DNA of 64,000 nt, taken from sequence record DRR378314_880; one strand, given 5' to 3'. Positions 43,209-54,641 of this stretch are shown here, in pieces (position 1 is the stretch's first letter; every line of letters starts with the position of its first letter). Both the position numbers and the translations under genes were made by a program. A model generated the notes under the pieces. That model made no database searches. It saw only the letters and a list, made by a program, of their open reading frames with translations, and had not been told where the DNA came from.

Positions 43209-43817
43209 TCACTGCAGACCGGACACATAGCTTGATACGGCCTTGATCTCGGTATCGGTCAACTTGGCAGCCACATCCATCATGATGGACGCGTTCTGAC
43301 CAGCGTCGCGCTCGCCGCCACGATAGGCCTTGAGCTGCTTTTCAACATATTCAGCACTTTGCCCGCTAAGCCGGGGGTAACCGGCCGGCTCATTGCCCAT
43401 GCCGCGGGGGTTGTGGCATCCGGCACACGCTGGCACACCAGAGGCCATGTTGCCGCCACGGTATAGCGCCTGCCCCTCGTCGACCATATCGGGGTTGGCC
43501 TGGGCAACGGTGATGTCCTGACTGTCGAAATAGGCCGCAAGATCCTGCAGATCCTGATCAGACATGTCGTTCAAAAGGCCCGTCATTTCAGCAATTTCGC
43601 GATTGCCTTCTTTGATCGCCACCAGTTGCTGATACAAGTACTCTTCACCAATGCCCGACAATTTCGGATACACCGCCATCACCGGCTTGGCACCACCCTG
43701 GCCATGGCAACCGGCACACACCGCCGCATTTGCTTCGCCTGCTTCAGGATCTCCCGCCCCGTGAGCCATCGCTGTGAGGCCAACACCGAGAACAACTCCT
43801 GCGATCAGTTTCTTCAT
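43209..43817 (-). CDS. Diheme cytochrome c4
   Basis: Signal peptide; two CxxCH motifs (CAGCH twice); dsbA-c4-engB synteny. Confidence 0.93.
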   Translation of the reverse strand: MKKLIAGVVLGVGLTAMAHGAGDPEAGEANAAVCAGCHGQGGAKPVMAVYPKLSGIGEEYLYQQLVAIKEGNREIAEMTGLLNDMSDQDLQDLAAYFDSQDITVAQANPDMVDEGQALYRGGNMASGVPACAGCHNPRGMGNEPAGYPRLSGQSAEYVEKQLKAYRGGERDAGQNASIMMDVAAKLTDTEIKAVSSYVSGLQ

Positions 43818-43991
43818 GCTCGCTCCGCTTCTCTCATCCAAAAGTATTCTTCGTTATGCAGCCGGCAGGCACTGGCCAAGAAGGCTCAAACCGGGGCTGT
43901 TCAGCAGCAACGCTCAGCGTACTGCCCGGATTTGGTGTAGCATTATACATTAATCCCTGATAACTGAAATCCAATAGGAATACCAACGATC

Positions 43992-44618
43992 GTGTCATCT
44001 GACCTGACTCAAAAAAGCCTCTCGTTCAACAGCGCCCGGTTCCTGATCAGCGCCTCCCGCCTGGAGGAATGTCCTCCGGACCATGGCTCCGAAGTAGCCT
44101 TTGCCGGGCGCTCGAATGCGGGTAAATCCAGCGCTATCAATTGCATCACCACCAACGGCAAGCTGGCCCGCACCAGTAAGACCCCCGGACGCACCCGGCT
44201 GATCAACTTCTTCTCACTCAACCGTGAGAACTGCCGGCTGGTGGACTTGCCCGGATACGGCTACGCCAAGGTAGCCCGGGACATGAAAGACGACTGGCAA
44301 AAGCACCTTGGCCACTACCTCAATGATCGCCGCTGCCTGCGGGGGCTGGTATTGGTCATGGACATACGCCATCCGTTGACGGATTTTGACCAAATGATGG
44401 TGGAATGGTGTGAACATAACAACCTTCCACTGATGATTCTTGCCACCAAAGCCGACAAACTGAAATTTGGTCAGGCCAAAACGGCGATGATGGGCATTGC
44501 CAAAAAGCTGGAAGAGGTCCAGTGCCTGGAACACCTGATCATGTTCTCGGCAACATCAAAACGGGGGGTAGACGAGTGTCGCGAGGCGCTGACCGCCTGG
44601 CTGGAAACCGACGACTAG
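43992..44618 (+). CDS. engB: Ribosome biogenesis GTPase YihA/YsxC
   Basis: [26 protein letters not shown]. Confidence 0.96.
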   Translation: MSSDLTQKSLSFNSARFLISASRLEECPPDHGSEVAFAGRSNAGKSSAINCITTNGKLARTSKTPGRTRLINFFSLNRENCRLVDLPGYGYAKVARDMKDDWQKHLGHYLNDRRCLRGLVLVMDIRHPLTDFDQMMVEWCEHNNLPLMILATKADKLKFGQAKTAMMGIAKKLEEVQCLEHLIMFSATSKRGVDECREALTAWLETDD

Positions 44619-45617
44619 CTAAAGGGTTCCGCCACGCTCTATCCGGTAGCCCAGGTCGATGCATGGTTCGCTGATGCCAGCACCGCCCAGACGGGCAAGC
44701 AGTTCCTGGGCCGCCCTCTGGCCCACCGCCTCCCGTGGTGTAATCACGCTGGCCAGCGGTGGCACCATCACGCGGCCAACATCGTGCCCATGAAAACCGG
44801 CGATGGCGATTCGCTCTGGCACCGGAATACCCCGGCGCTGACATTCGAAAAACGCGCCAATGGCAACGTCATCGTTGGTGCAGAAGATGCCGTCAGTGTC
44901 CGGATTCTCCTCCAGTATCCGCGCCATCAGGGTGGCGCCAACGCTAAAGGAAGAGCGCTGCTCGCTACGCAGGGCGACCGGCGTCAGCCCCTCTTCTTCC
45001 ATCGCACGCCGGTAACCTTCCTGACGCTGCAGGGTGCGAGCGTCCAGCCGCACGGCGAGATAGACCACCCGCCTGCGCCCAAGCCGGATCATTTCCCGAA
45101 CCATATCCCGGGCGGCACTCACGTTATCGAATCCAACAGCCTGCTCAAAGGGGGCCGAGTGCGTGTCCATGATTTCCACCGTAGGCACACCGGCGGTCTG
45201 AAGCATCCTCAGCGTGCGGTCCGTGTGCTGACTCTCAGAGAGAATCACGCCATCCACGTTGTAGGACAACAGTGACGACAGGCTGCGCTCCTCGATCTCG
45301 GGGCTGTAACCGTAATGGGAAAGCATCAGGTGGTAACCGGCAGGCTCAGTGACCGCTTCCACGCCCTTGATCACATCCGCAAAAACCTGGTTGGTCAGGG
45401 ATGGAAGCAACACACCAATGGCGTGACTGGTGGACTTGGACAGCAGGTCAGGCGCCCGATTGGGAATGTATCCCAGCGCCTCGGCCTCGGCGAAGATCCG
45501 CTCCCGCATGGGTTTGGAGACGTTGTCCGCACCACGAAGGCAACGGCTGACCGTCATCTTCGTGGCGCCGACCCGGTCCGCAATGTCCTGCAATGTGGGG
45601 CGTCTGTTCTTTCCCAT
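44619..45617 (-). CDS. gntR: LacI-family gluconate repressor (GntR/IdnR-like)
   Basis: TLQDIADRVGATKMTVSR HTH, GYIPNRAP, LPSLTNQVF; next to gluconokinase. Confidence 0.88.
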   Translation of the reverse strand: MGKNRRPTLQDIADRVGATKMTVSRCLRGADNVSKPMRERIFAEAEALGYIPNRAPDLLSKSTSHAIGVLLPSLTNQVFADVIKGVEAVTEPAGYHLMLSHYGYSPEIEERSLSSLLSYNVDGVILSESQHTDRTLRMLQTAGVPTVEIMDTHSAPFEQAVGFDNVSAARDMVREMIRLGRRRVVYLAVRLDARTLQRQEGYRRAMEEEGLTPVALRSEQRSSFSVGATLMARILEENPDTDGIFCTNDDVAIGAFFECQRRGIPVPERIAIAGFHGHDVGRVMVPPLASVITPREAVGQRAAQELLARLGGAGISEPCIDLGYRIERGGTL

Positions 45618-45634
45618 TTACTGCTCCAGAACGG

Positions 45635-46153
45635 TCAAAGAGGCCTATCATACCCGAGCCCGGCCAGGCAGTGACGGATCACTTGCTCCGGCGTACCGGA
45701 GACATCGACGGCCACCGCGTTTTCATCAGCCCCCGGCTCTTCCAGCAACTGGAACTGGCTCTCGAGCATGGCACGGCCGTTGAAGTAATGGTCCGTGCGA
45801 CTGGAATGCCGCGCCCAGATGGTTTCAAAATCCCCCCTGAGATACACGAAGCGGGTTTCCGGACTGAGCCCCTTCAGGCGCTCGCGATAGGCGCGCTTCA
45901 AAGCAGAGCAGGCCAGAACCAGACCGCCCTCCTCCCGGCGAATCAGTTCGGCCAGGTCGTCCAGCCAACCCAGGCGATCCTCGTCAGTCAACGGGATACC
46001 GGCCGCCATTTTTTCCACATTGGCCTGGCTGTGGTAATCGTCCGCATCGAAAAACGGAACGCCCAGTTCCTGTGCAAGCCTGGTCCCGGCGAGGCTTTTT
46101 CCGCACCCGGACACGCCCATGACGACAACTGTGGGTGTCTTCCTCTTACTCAT
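45635..46153 (-). CDS. gntK: Gluconokinase
   Basis: MGVSGCGKS, DADDYH...NVEKM..G.PLTDEDR, ACSALKRAYR, SQFQLLE. Confidence 0.93.
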   Translation of the reverse strand: MSKRKTPTVVVMGVSGCGKSLAGTRLAQELGVPFFDADDYHSQANVEKMAAGIPLTDEDRLGWLDDLAELIRREEGGLVLACSALKRAYRERLKGLSPETRFVYLRGDFETIWARHSSRTDHYFNGRAMLESQFQLLEEPGADENAVAVDVSGTPEQVIRHCLAGLGYDRPL

Positions 46154-46154
46154 G

Positions 46155-47474
46155 TCATTGCCACCATAGCGCCAACTGGGGGAAGGCAATCAGCAGTCCA
46201 AGAGCCACGACCTGGAGCGCGATAAACGGCAGCAGGGCACGGAAAATCTCCCCCAGGGAAATGTCTTTCGGTGTCACGGTCTTGAGATAGAAAGCCGCCG
46301 GGCCAAACGGCGGGGACAGGAAGGACACCTGCATGTTCATGCAGAACACCACCCCGAACCAGATCGGGCTGTAGCCGAGCTCTGTCACAATCGGCACAAA
46401 GATCGGCATGGTGAGCAGGGCAACGCCGACCCAATCCAGGAACATACCCAGGATGAGCAGAATCAGCATCATGAACAGGATCGTCGTCAGGCCATGACCA
46501 CCACTGACGGCGAACACCATGTCACGCACGAAGTCGATACCGCCCATGAGGTTGTACACGCCCACCAGCGCGGTTGCACCGATGCCGATCCAGATGATCA
46601 TGCCGCACACTCTCAGCGTGCTGATGGTCGCCTTGCGCACCATGGCGAGGGACAGCTCACCACGGATCCAGGTACTGATAGCAATGCCCATTACGCCCAA
46701 GGCTGACGCTTCCGTAACCGAGGCCACGCCCCCATAGATGCTCCCCAGAACCACAACCACTGACAGCAGGGGGAACAGTAATGCCTTGAAGAAGTTCGGC
46801 ATCGGCGTTTCGGGTGCATCCTGATCCGACGGCAGGGGCGCCATCTCCGGCTTCAGCCAGACACGGACCAGCACATACCCCATGTAGAGCAGCGCCAGTA
46901 TCAACGCAGGCAAAAAGGCACCCTTGAAGAGGTCGCCGATAGACACGTTGGCGGTCAGCCCGTAGATGATCAGCACGATGCTCGGTGGCAGCATGGTACC
47001 AAGCGCCCCACCGGCACAGGTGGTGCCAATGGCGAGTTTGCGGTCATACCCCAGTCGCAGCATCTGCGGTAGTGCCAGGATGCCCAACAGCACCGTCTCG
47101 CCACCGATCACACCGGACATGGAGGCCAGAATCACCGCTACCACCAGCGTCTGGATAGCCACGCCACCACGGAGTTTGCGCCCCAGGCGGGCCATGGCAT
47201 CAAACAGATCCCGGGCAATGCCGGAATGATCCAGCAACGATGCCATCAGTACGAACATGGGCACCGCCAGGAATACATAGTTGCCGATAAAGCTGTACAG
47301 GCGACTGCTGACGATGGGCAGGGCATCCGGGCCGAACCAGCCGAGCGCGAAAACAAGAGCGACCAGACCGGTGGCAAACGCCAGCTGCATCCCCGTCAGG
47401 AGCAGGACGATCAGCATGACAAGCATCAACAGGCTGCCGTAGCCAATCCCAAGGGAGGCCAGTTCAAACATCAT
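46155..47474 (-). CDS. TRAP transporter large permease (DctM-like)
   Basis: LAVPMF, GALGTMLPPS, LSPPFG. Confidence 0.93.
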   Translation of the reverse strand: MMFELASLGIGYGSLLMLVMLIVLLLTGMQLAFATGLVALVFALGWFGPDALPIVSSRLYSFIGNYVFLAVPMFVLMASLLDHSGIARDLFDAMARLGRKLRGGVAIQTLVVAVILASMSGVIGGETVLLGILALPQMLRLGYDRKLAIGTTCAGGALGTMLPPSIVLIIYGLTANVSIGDLFKGAFLPALILALLYMGYVLVRVWLKPEMAPLPSDQDAPETPMPNFFKALLFPLLSVVVVLGSIYGGVASVTEASALGVMGIAISTWIRGELSLAMVRKATISTLRVCGMIIWIGIGATALVGVYNLMGGIDFVRDMVFAVSGGHGLTTILFMMLILLILGMFLDWVGVALLTMPIFVPIVTELGYSPIWFGVVFCMNMQVSFLSPPFGPAAFYLKTVTPKDISLGEIFRALLPFIALQVVALGLLIAFPQLALWWQ

Positions 47475-47992
47475 TTATCTCCCTTGCCACGAAGATCGCG
47501 AATAAGGTGTAACAGGAACTGGAGCGTCATAACGGCCACCGCAACCAGAATGATCACCTTCAACAACGCAGGGAAAGGCGGGTTCCAGGCAGAACCGGAG
47601 GTTTCCAGGCGCCAGCCGCCCCAGGGCGCCAGCACGGCTTCGGTAGCCATCGACCAGCTGGCGAACAGCAGCATGCCGCAGAAGGCCAGACCCAACAGAT
47701 GGTGGACGACCCGCAGCCAGCGCTGCGTTCGATGAGAGACCGCGTCATAGATCAACACAATACGCACGTGTCGATCGGTGGCCAGGGCATAAAGCCCGCC
47801 AATGACAAACAGTGTTGCACCGGCGAAGGTCACGGTTTCGTGCACCCAGAGCGTAGGGGAATCAAACACGTAACGGCGGACAATCTCGTAGAACGACACC
47901 AGTACGATCGCCGCAAAGACCAGGCTCAGCCTCTTGCCAAGCCAGACAATGGCTTTGTCCAGCCAGGTAAACCCGACGTCTTCATCCTTCAT
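47471..47992 (-). CDS. TRAP transporter small permease (DctQ-like)
   Basis: RYVFDSPTLW..E, HVRI; four hydrophobic helices; GAGGAG RBS. Confidence 0.9.
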   Translation of the reverse strand: MKDEDVGFTWLDKAIVWLGKRLSLVFAAIVLVSFYEIVRRYVFDSPTLWVHETVTFAGATLFVIGGLYALATDRHVRIVLIYDAVSHRTQRWLRVVHHLLGLAFCGMLLFASWSMATEAVLAPWGGWRLETSGSAWNPPFPALLKVIILVAVAVMTLQFLLHLIRDLRGKGDK

Positions 47993-48058
47993 AATGAACT
48001 CCTCGCTCCGGGCACCCATCAGGCACCCGAAGGCTGATATCGAGGGAAGCGATTTGAA

Positions 48059-49069
48059 TTAAAGGAGGCCCTGGGACTCCAGGTACTCAGTCACCGACTG
48101 ATAGACCTTCTCGGCATTGGGGGACTGCTCAGCGTAGACTTTCCACTGGTCACGGGCGATGGTGCGAAACTTCCGACGCTCTTCGGCGGACCAGTCGTGG
48201 ATGGTAATGTCCGGATTGGCACGAGCCTCGTTGACGGCTTCACGATCGGCCATCGCCAATTGGGTGCTGATGTCCTGGGCAAAGTCGCGGGCGGATACGG
48301 TCATGATGGCCTGGATGTCCTCCGGCAGTTTCTCCCATTCCTTCAGGTCCATTGCAATTTCAATCAATGGCAACGAATGGAAGCCCGGATTGACCGGGTG
48401 CGGCGCAATCTCGTTCAGGCCGGCCTCGTGGTTGGTGGAGAACACGGTATAGTCTGCGGCATCAATCACACCCTTGCTCAACGCGGTGTAGACTTCAGAC
48501 CCCGGCAGGTTCACGGGGGAGGCCCCAGCGGCAGCAAAGACGGACTGCACCAAGCCCTCCGGTGCGCGCATCTTCAGGCCCTTGAGATCCTCCACGCCAT
48601 CAAGCGGCTTTTTCGACACGAACGACTCCACGCCGGTACCGCCACCGCCAACAAACTTCACGCCGTAGGGCTTGTAGAGCTCGTTCATCAACTCATAGCC
48701 GCCACCATGATTGATGTAGTCGATCAGTTGGTCAGGGCTCGACCAGGCGCCTACGGTGTTGCCAATCAAACCGAACGCCGGATCCTTACCGGAAAAATAA
48801 CCGGTCACGGAAACATGCCCATCCAACACGCCCATTTTCATGGCGCCGAGGGTTTCAGTGTGGCTTACAACGCTGCCCACTGGGAGCAGGTCAATCTCAA
48901 CACGGCCACCGGTCATCGCTTCCACACGATCGGCCCAGGCTTGCTGGATCTCGAAGTTCTTGACGCCGGACGGGTCTGAAGACTGGAACTTGAAAGTGAA
49001 ATCAGCGGCAAGGGCATTGCACGCCAGAGTGGCTGACAGAAGGACAGCCGCGAGTCTTGTCGGGAACAT
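48059..49069 (-). CDS. TRAP transporter substrate-binding protein (DctP-like), probably gluconate
   Basis: Signal peptide; DLKGLKMR, EVYTAL.KGVIDAAD. Confidence 0.92.
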   Translation of the reverse strand: MFPTRLAAVLLSATLACNALAADFTFKFQSSDPSGVKNFEIQQAWADRVEAMTGGRVEIDLLPVGSVVSHTETLGAMKMGVLDGHVSVTGYFSGKDPAFGLIGNTVGAWSSPDQLIDYINHGGGYELMNELYKPYGVKFVGGGGTGVESFVSKKPLDGVEDLKGLKMRAPEGLVQSVFAAAGASPVNLPGSEVYTALSKGVIDAADYTVFSTNHEAGLNEIAPHPVNPGFHSLPLIEIAMDLKEWEKLPEDIQAIMTVSARDFAQDISTQLAMADREAVNEARANPDITIHDWSAEERRKFRTIARDQWKVYAEQSPNAEKVYQSVTEYLESQGLL

Positions 49070-49102
49070 ATTGGTATCTCCTGATTGTTTTTGTGCCGGC
49101 AT

Positions 49103-49118
49103 ATGTTACCGGTAACAT
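49103..49118. promoter_or_regulatory. GntR operator
   Basis: Perfect palindrome ATGTTACCGGTAACAT 34 bp upstream of the TRAP SBP start; fits the ATGTTA-N4-TAACAT GntR box. Confidence 0.85.
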
Positions 49119-49189
49119 TGGTGAGTCTATTGCATTTGAAATGCGCTGACAAGGAGGCGCTGAGACGGCTTTGTGAAGGAGTACCACAT

Positions 49190-49221
49190 AAAAAAACCGG
49201 CCTGACATATGACAGGCCGGT
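49190..49221 (-). terminator. Intrinsic terminator downstream of the TetR (laoR-like) gene
   Basis: Minus strand ACCGGCCTG-tcatatgt-CAGGCCGG-TTTTTTT. Confidence 0.8.
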
Positions 49222-49333
49222 GAAACGTCAGGGTTTGCGACGTGCTAAAACCTGAGAACTCACTCAGGAGACACCGCGAATGTCCGAATTCCCGATGTCG
49301 TAATAAGTGACAGGAGTATTGATCAAAAGTTCC

Positions 49334-50032
49334 TCAATGATTCCGGATCGGCTCACCCAGCCCTGAAGCCAATCCGTCAGCTGAGTCGGGCAAACGCGGG
49401 CGGTACTTCTCCCGTAAGGCCATGACCTGCTCCCGATAGTCCGCTGTCAGATAGGGGATCTCCAACGTCAGCACCTGATAGATGCCTTGCTTGAGTTCGG
49501 TCAGGGTCAAGCTCGCTGACGCCTCCGAGGCATGAGCCGTTTTCAGGAAAGCCATCCAGTTGGTAATCACCAGCCACACATTCAGCGACATTGCAGAACG
49601 CAGTTCGTAGGGTTGTGGCTCGATAATCCCCGCCTCTGCGAGCTTCTCGAAAATTCGACTGATTGCCACCAGACAGCGATTGGTGAACTCGCGGTAGTCC
49701 TGACGCAGACGTCGGTCACTGTCGAGCAGGTATTCCAGGTCCCGGTGGAAGAAACGGTAGCTCCAGAGGCCGTCGAACACGGACTCCAGATAGAAGGTGA
49801 GGTCGTCCAGGGTGATCGGGCGGCTCTCTGGGATATCCAGGTAAAAATCCACCAGTTTTTCGTACTCGAGAAAGATCTCGTAAATGATGTCGGACTTGTT
49901 GCGGAAGTGGTAATAAAGGTTGCCCGGCGAAATCGCCAGGTGAGCGGCAATGTGGTTGGTGGTCACGTTGCGCTCTCCCCTTTCGTTGAACAGCTCAAGG
50001 CTCGAAAGAAGAATTTTGTCTCGGGTTTTCAT
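49334..50032 (-). CDS. TetR-family regulator, LaoR-like
   Basis: KTRDKIL...LFNE.GERNVTTNHIA..L.ISPGNLYYHFRNK; divergent from the aldehyde dehydrogenase. Confidence 0.9.
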   Translation of the reverse strand: MKTRDKILLSSLELFNERGERNVTTNHIAAHLAISPGNLYYHFRNKSDIIYEIFLEYEKLVDFYLDIPESRPITLDDLTFYLESVFDGLWSYRFFHRDLEYLLDSDRRLRQDYREFTNRCLVAISRIFEKLAEAGIIEPQPYELRSAMSLNVWLVITNWMAFLKTAHASEASASLTLTELKQGIYQVLTLEIPYLTADYREQVMALREKYRPRLPDSADGLASGLGEPIRNH

Positions 50033-50090
50033 AGGCTCTGCGTTGCGGGTTGTTGTATGTCGGATGGCCCGATCCGCCATTGGGGCCGGC

Positions 50091-50120
50091 TTGACTACCT
50101 AGAGTATATACTCTAATAAT
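50091..50120 (+). promoter_or_regulatory. Sigma70 promoter with palindromic TetR operator in the spacer
   Basis: TTGACT(50091)-18 bp-AATAAT; perfect palindrome TAGAGTATATACTCTA at 50100-50115. Confidence 0.75.
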
Positions 50121-50247
50121 ACCCTCAAGCGCAAACTGAATACTTTTTCACCAATTGAATCCGAAGCCGTGGACATTGCCCTGGCGGCTTCCAGGAACAG
50201 TAAAGACGGTGATCCGGTTACACCGGTACCGCGAGGAGAGAGCGATT

Positions 50248-51693
50248 ATGGTTGCCACCGTTGTCCAGTTAACTGAAAGCAAGAAGCAGATCCAGCACAC
50301 CCATCGCGCGTTCGAGGACCAGAAGAAAGCGTTCCGCAACAATCCGATGCCGTCGCTGACTGAGCGCCTGGAAAATCTTAAGCGCCTCAAGCGCGTTCTG
50401 CTGTCCAACCAGGACCGGTTGCTGGATGCGATTGACCGGGACTTCAGCTGTCGCTCGAAGGACGAATCCCTGATCGCGGAAGTAATGCCGTCCATCCAGG
50501 GCATCAACTACACCCTGAAGAACCTGGAGGGTTGGATGAAGCCCTCAAAGCGGCACGTTTCGGTGTTGTTCCAGCCCGCCAGCAATCGGGTTCACTACCA
50601 GCCCAAGGGCGTTGTTGGAGTTATCGTGCCCTGGAATTATCCGCTGTACCTTGCGGTCGGGCCGTTGGTGGCATCATTGGCAGCGGGCAACCGCACGATG
50701 ATCAAGATGTCCGAGTTTACGCCCCATACCTCTGCGTTGTTCAAGGAGATCGTCGAATCGGCGTTTCCGGAGGATCTGGTCTGTGTGATCAACGGCGAGT
50801 CGGATGTTGCGGCGGACTTTTCCAGCCGGCCTTTCGACCATCTGTTGTTCACGGGGTCCACGTCGGTGGGCAAGCTGGTGATGCGGGCAGCGGCGGAAAA
50901 CCTGACGCCGGTCACCCTGGAGCTGGGCGGCAAGTCGCCCGCGATTGTGTCGCCGGATGTTCCGATGGAGGATGCGGCACAGCGTATCGCTTTCGGTAAG
51001 GCGCTGAATGCGGGACAGACCTGCGTCGCACCGGATTACGTGCTTTGCCCGGCTGATCGGGTGCAGGCGTTCGTGGATGAGTATCGCAATCAGTTTGCGG
51101 CGATGTATCCGAGCCTGCGGGATAACGACGATTACACGGCGATCATCAATGAACGCCAGTATGACCGCCTGCAAGGCTATCTTGAGGATGCGCGGGAGAA
51201 AGGCGCGGAACTGATTGAGATCAATCCGGCCAGTGAGAATCTGAAGGATGGTACCCGCAAGATGCCAATCACGCTGGCGCTGAAGACGACACCGGATATG
51301 AAGATTATGCAGGATGAGATTTTCGGTCCGATTCTGCCGGTGATCAGTTACGGCAACCTGGATGAGGCGATTCATTACATCAATGACCGTCCTCGCCCGC
51401 TGGCGCTGTATTTCTTCGGCTATGACAAGTCGATGCAGGAGCATGTGGTCAACCAGACCCATTCCGGCGGCATGTGCATCAACGATGCGCTGATGCACGT
51501 TGCGCAGGATGACCTGCCGTTTGGTGGTATCGGTGATTCTGGGATGGGCCATTACCACGGCAAGGAAGGCTTCCTGACCTTCTCTCATCAACGGGCGATT
51601 TTCAGCAAGCAGAAGTTCAACAGTGGCAAATTTGTGTATGCGCCTCACGGTACGACGGCGCACAAAATGGTATATAAGTTGTTTATTCGGTGA
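50248..51693 (+). CDS. Coniferyl/long-chain aldehyde dehydrogenase (CalB/LaoC-like)
   Basis: PWNYP, FTGS, LELGGKSP, NAGQTCVAPDY, EIFGP. Confidence 0.92.
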   Translation: MVATVVQLTESKKQIQHTHRAFEDQKKAFRNNPMPSLTERLENLKRLKRVLLSNQDRLLDAIDRDFSCRSKDESLIAEVMPSIQGINYTLKNLEGWMKPSKRHVSVLFQPASNRVHYQPKGVVGVIVPWNYPLYLAVGPLVASLAAGNRTMIKMSEFTPHTSALFKEIVESAFPEDLVCVINGESDVAADFSSRPFDHLLFTGSTSVGKLVMRAAAENLTPVTLELGGKSPAIVSPDVPMEDAAQRIAFGKALNAGQTCVAPDYVLCPADRVQAFVDEYRNQFAAMYPSLRDNDDYTAIINERQYDRLQGYLEDAREKGAELIEINPASENLKDGTRKMPITLALKTTPDMKIMQDEIFGPILPVISYGNLDEAIHYINDRPRPLALYFFGYDKSMQEHVVNQTHSGGMCINDALMHVAQDDLPFGGIGDSGMGHYHGKEGFLTFSHQRAIFSKQKFNSGKFVYAPHGTTAHKMVYKLFIR

Positions 51694-51750
51694 CTTGGGC
51701 GCTGGCCGGCCTGAAAGATAAATAAAGACAATAAAAACAAGAGAGTCGTT

Positions 51751-52395
51751 ATGTCTGAAAGCCTTTCTCCATCCGCACAAGCGGAGCTTCCTGATACGGC
51801 CATGGACCGCCGGAGCTTTCTCCGGACCGGGCTTGGTGGCGCCATGTTCCTTGGTTCAGTGAGTGTGACCGCTGGCCTCTCCGGCTGCGCAACCGCGCCT
51901 GCCGGGCGGGACTATCCGATGCCGGGGGCGATGGACCAGAGCTATGAGTTCCAGTTCCTGACCCGCGATGACATTGTGCTGTTCCAGGCTCTGTTGCCGG
52001 CCATGGTGGGCCCCGGGCTGACTGAGGAGCCGGTGGTTCGACGCCAGCAGATTCAGGCCACGATTGAGCGTATCGATGCCGGGATTCACCAGTTTGGGCC
52101 GGCCAACCAGAAGGAGTTGCGGGGGCTGTTTGACCTGTTGAACTTCGGACTGACGCGGGTGACCGTGGCGCGGGTCTGGTCGAGTTGGGAGAACGCCAGC
52201 ACGCAGTCCGTGGATGCCTTCCTTGAGCGTTGGCGCACCAGTGGTATCGGCCTGTTTAACAACGGCTACATCGCCCTGACCAAGGTCAGCAACGTGGCGT
52301 TCTACGGCCACGAGGACCATTGGCATCTGTCCGGCTACCCGGGACCACCCGCGTGGGCCATGGACGCCCTGCCCCAGTTCAAAGACAACGCCTGA
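51751..52395 (+). CDS. Tat-signal accessory subunit (LaoB-like)
   Basis: DRRSFL twin-arginine motif; C-terminal GYPGPP; precedes the GMC oxidoreductase. Confidence 0.78.
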   Translation: MSESLSPSAQAELPDTAMDRRSFLRTGLGGAMFLGSVSVTAGLSGCATAPAGRDYPMPGAMDQSYEFQFLTRDDIVLFQALLPAMVGPGLTEEPVVRRQQIQATIERIDAGIHQFGPANQKELRGLFDLLNFGLTRVTVARVWSSWENASTQSVDAFLERWRTSGIGLFNNGYIALTKVSNVAFYGHEDHWHLSGYPGPPAWAMDALPQFKDNA

Positions 52396-52413
52396 GCCAA
52401 TCGGAGCATCATT

Positions 52414-54592
<2,179 letters not shown>

Positions 54593-54641
54593 CGACGAGG
54601 GGAAGCGCTGCCCACCCTGGGGCAGCGTAACCGAGGAGGTA

